Origin: Anthoceros angustus | Taxonomy: Eukaryota; Plantae; Anthocerotophyta | Assembly (NCBI GenBank): GCA_010909165.1 | Contig: MU008151.1 | Coordinates: 62,001-126,000 of the forward strand | DNA: 64,000 bases | Direction of reading: 5' to 3' | In this document: positions 59,960 to 64,000 of the stretch, piece by piece | How positions within the stretch are numbered: position 1 is the first letter of the stretch | Layout of the letters: every line of letters begins with the position of its first letter | The notes under the pieces: model-generated | What the model was told of the DNA's origin: nothing | What the model saw: the letters and a program-made list of their open reading frames with translations, nothing else | Databases searched by the model: none | Program-made: the position numbers and the translations under genes

Positions 59960-61380
59960 TTATCCGAATTACACCACTCAAGGAAAACATTGTGAATAAT
60001 TGACTCTTGCCTCTACATGACCTCCAAGATATCCGAATCACAGCACTCGAGGAAAACATTATGAATAATTGACTCTTGCCTCTACATGACCTCTAAGACA
60101 TCCAACTAACCAGCTGATAGTAGCCATGATACCAACTTGTAACTGTAGGAAACTTGTGTCACAGTGTAATCTAATCTGATAGACAGCGAAATACACTAGA
60201 TGATGGATTCAAATGAAGTTTTAGAGATGGGGTACAAAAAAGATGTAGTGAAAATAATTACAACTACGTATATGAGCCTTATTATGTGATCATAAGACTG
60301 CCCTAAATATTATTAATTAAATATGTGTTCAAGCGTGCCCTAAGATGCTAGCTTCTGGAGATGGCCTCTACACTCCCACTCAGGTTTGAAATAAGATGCT
60401 AGCTTCTGGAGATGGCCTCTACACTCCCACTCAGGTTTGAAATAGCCACGCAAAGATGTTCCATTTGAGCAAGACCACATTGAAAGACTGTACGTAAAAC
60501 TCAATCATATGATGCAACTGTGAAGACTAGATGCAATAGCCAAGATACCGTGCCGTTTTTTGGTTTATGACATCGTAGTTATGGAGGGATTTCTACAAAG
60601 ATACTAAAGTACGAAGTACTACTAGCTGGAGTTGAACCGACATGTAAACTAAAGTGCCCTAAATGAGATTGATCTCGTGTGTCACCGAGTATATCTAGTT
60701 TTATTTTCCTACTTTCTCTATTTATATTTTTATTTATATATTTATTGATATAGTCTATTAAGGATATATGTTAGACGGGATTATTACATTGATAGGGAAA
60801 AATATCCTCATATGAGGAGAATCTTTCCATCTTGGGAGAATCTTTCATGTTAGGGGATGTTTGAGAACATGTGGACTATGAACGGTAACGGACGTTTGAG
60901 AAACATTTGGATTACGAACAGTAACATTTGTTTGAGAATGTTTGAGAACCATCTAGATTATCTCACTGCACTAGAGTCAGAGAATTTGACGAAGAAGGCC
61001 ATTTTCAATCTTTACTGAGAATATTCTCATCTTTAGGGAGAATCTTCGCATGTTAGGGAAAATCTTTTCATGTTAGGGAGAATCCTCATCCTCGCATATG
61101 AGAGATAGGCGGTGCGAAGATGAGAGATAGGCGGTGTGAAGATGAGAGATAGGTGGTGAAGATGGGCATATATGCACGGACAATATGAGAACAATGGGTA
61201 ATAAGGTTAGTAAGTGGTTCCCAAGTTGCATCCTTTGATGGGGTCTCGTTCCCAGAGGAATGTGCTTCAAGCTATGTGTCTTTGTAATATATTTCTTGAT
61301 GAAGCAACGGCATAGGTTCCCAGAGGAATGTGCTTCAAGCTATGTGTCTTTGTGATATATTTCTGGATGAAGCAACAACG
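59960..61380. repeat. cluster of local tandem duplications (~68 bp x2 at 59960-60100; 51 bp x2 at 60341-60443; ~23 bp x3 at 61102-61165; 68 bp x2 at 61248-61375)
   Basis: Read directly. Confidence 0.85.
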
Positions 61381-61610
61381 TAGCCCAGCTTAGCTGCAGG
61401 TTCTGAGATTCCATGCTACCACACAATAAACTTGTTTAACGGTGTTCATATATGTGTTGTGCGTCTACTTCATATAAACGGTTTGATTAAGGATCCTATG
61501 GCAAACTTGGGCGGTCTACCAAGACTTTGTTCCACTATATTTTCAGAAGCTCGCATCCAACAAAATCCGCTGTGGCCTTGCATACTATTTTGCTTCTTGG
61601 ATTCGGGTGA

Positions 61611-63665
61611 CTAACGAGGGCTGTGAGGCACAACAGACGCAACATCTAGTGTGCCGGCAAACTTCTTGGCGATGGCATCGGAACACCAATCCTGGCCATC
61701 ATCCACAGTGGGCATCCTGACCTCGGTGAGATTGCCCACAGGAGCATTTAAGCCAGGCATGTAGACACCAGCCACGACTCTCACAACGTTGGTAGCATCC
61801 ACATCCATGCACACGCTGATCAAGGGCACACCCTTGGGTGCTGGTGGAATGCCTGAGACTTTGAAGAAGCCCAGCAGATGGTTATCCCTGGCCTGCTTCT
61901 GCTCGCCCTCGAACACCATGATCAAGGCCTCTGCCTGGTTGGCTCTCGTGGTAGTCACCACGATGTCTCTTCGGGCGGGGATGGTGGAGTTGCGAGGCAG
62001 TACTGGGAGGAACTCCCCCCCTGTTCCTTGGATGCCCAGGGTCCGTGGCACTGCCTGAATGGTGAGCAGGTCCAAAGCTCCTGACGTGTCTGACAAGCCG
62101 GAAGTGATGGCCCCCTCGATGGCCGCTCCTCGTACTGCAGCCTCCAGAGAGTTCATCTCCTGGTAGAACTTCTTGCCCTGCATGATGTGTTCGAGTGTGG
62201 AACGGATTTTTGGGATTGCAGAACAACCCCCAGCAAGGATGACATCGCTTATCGCTTCTGGTTGGACCTTAAATTCCAACACAAAGCACAAACAAGCTTG
62301 TGAGCGAGAGCCCTAGAGCTAGGAAGTCGACGGACCAAATTCAAAGCTGACAGCTAACAGCCGAGCGGAATGATTCAATACCTGAGCAGCTTGCAAGCAC
62401 TGACGAACAAGCTCACCGCATCTCTCGAGAATAGGTGCATTCACTTCCTCGAACATTGCCCGAGTGATGGTCAACGTAGCTTTCTTATCAGGCAGCCTCT
62501 CATCCTCTACAACAACATCGGCCTGGTCTTGTGTCGACAGCACATGCATGGCACGCTCACATGCAAATCTCAGTCGCCCAACGGTCTCCGGAAGGTGACC
62601 GTATCGTCGTGAGCTCTTCCCACTTTCCTGAGCCTCTGTATCGGAATCCATCTTGCCATCCATCTTATCATCGACTTCGAGTTGCAGACCCAACTTGGAA
62701 GCTACGAAGTGAACCAGATTCCAGATCATGTCCTCTCCTCCCACCACATCCCCGAGCATGGCCTTCACTTGTGACACTCCGCCAGCTGTTGCTGTCAATG
62801 CAACATCGGTGTGGCCAGCTCCCATGTTAAATATGAAAGCAAGCTTCTCAACAGTATCAAAAGCTTCCTGTTCCTGCCTGCCCCCAGCACTACTCTCCTC
62901 CTGGACCACCCTGTCGGTGGGAGATTCCACAGGGATGGTTATCACCGGTGGCTGACCAGGACTGGCGTCCCCCTTCTGCTTCTCCTCATACCTTTTCGAA
63001 CTTGGTCTGTCGACCTCTTCAACAATGCCCAATTTGCTAAGCTGTCTCTGAGCATAAAGAAGAGCAACAGCTGTAGGCTCAGGCACGAACCGCATGACAC
63101 GAAGACCTGCCATTCCACATGCCCTCTCCATCCGTGTAAGCTGAAACCTGGAAAATGATACAGGAACCGTTATGACAGCATCTTGAACTGTTCTGCCAAG
63201 ATCTGCTTCCGCCATAGCCTTCAGTTCCACAAGTAAAATCGCCAAAACCTCTTCAGGAGTTGTGGAACGCCACACCTTGTGACCCAGGGCTCCCAAGAAC
63301 GGACGAACTCCCAGGTCCAACGACTGTATGAAAAAGGGGCTGGTCTTCAAGCTCTTCCTCACTACCGGGTCTGTGTCCAATCTACCCAGCAGCCTCTTGA
63401 CATTGAAGATAGTATTTCCTGACAAGAGATCGTGCTCGGACGTTGTCCCCACACCCGGATCCTCAACCCCCCTGAACAGAATGTTGGATGACATATTCCG
63501 ATGAAGGTCTGCAGAATTACGAAGCAGATACACCGTGGAATCACGCCATACTGCTACAGAGCAGTGAGAGGTTCCAATATCTATGCCAACTGCTGTCTGG
63601 ATCGAGTCATTTGATGTCCCCTCGTCCCCCGGAGCCTCCATCACGTACGGTTGAGTTGTTGCCAT
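61611..63665 (-). CDS. HSP70-8: atypical HSP70 (HSP70-8 / Hsp70T-2-like), 2 coding exons, intron 62268-62381
   Basis: GIDIGTS; NVKRLLGRLDTDPVV; RSTTPEEVLAI; VPVSFSRFQL; FNMGAG; ATAGGVSQ; EVRMPTVDDG; short C-terminus with no lid or EEVD. Confidence 0.92.
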
Positions 63666-64000
63666 GATCTGTCTGCCTACCTGCAGGTAACCGCAGTACC
63701 AGAATCACGAATTACCTCATCCTAGCCAAACCCAAACAGCCATTCTTTGTGGAAGCAAGGACTCAAACTTGGGTAAGAACTTGCCTCTTGGCAAGATGAA
63801 AGAAAAGTCACTTGCAAGCCAGCTCGGTCACCTCGTCGGTTGCTGCATGTACTCTACAGAGCCTGAAACACAGGACATGTGTTTGAGGATTCTCAACTAA
63901 CGACAGTAGGTAACACTCTGTCACCTCAATTGCAAAGCCACCCTCAAGCAAGGAGGCAACGTTACAGCCTGATACCAGCACGAAATTCTCGATACGCAAC

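Noticed and set aside
63960-63980. TGGTATCAG on the minus strand as a retrotransposon PBS
   Set aside because: Only a 9-nt match, with no adjacent LTR end or GAGC continuation.
63684-64000. Separate CDS upstream of HSP70-8
   Set aside because: Splice-like signals are present but the frames are short and unrecognisable; more likely 5' UTR exons or the end of a gene outside the window.

Overview
Eukaryotic plant nuclear DNA with compact genes and short (~70-120 nt) GT-AG introns. It is most likely a hornwort, inferred from a PLS-class PPR carrying the 'SWWTD' (WW-type) motif. 1-20 kb is gene-dense: TRM11 tRNA methyltransferase, TRAPPC6/TRS33, a BAHD acyltransferase, a P-class PPR, a PLS-E PPR with a stop-truncated DYW domain, an intronless KOBITO1-like glycosyltransferase and a TRF-like Myb gene. 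17.8-53.3 kb is an old segmental duplication of a [TRFL <- -> ABCB transporter] unit. Copy 1 has an intact TRFL and a broken ABCB. Copy 2 has only TRFL remnants and an apparently intact ABCB. Between the copies lie a GNA-type lectin gene, tRNA-Ala(AGC), a LINE fragment, a two-exon orphan gene, and a Copia element with rearranged LTRs that carries a nested 6.9-kb GC-rich element of unclear class. 53-61.5 kb holds repeat debris (F-box remnant, (TTA)n, hAT-like MITE, degenerate Copia), followed by an HSP70-8/HSP70T-2-like gene. A recurring theme is rearrangement scars made of fold-back and templated insertions. Caveat: some tandem duplicates differ mainly by 1-bp indels and may be long-read assembly artefacts.
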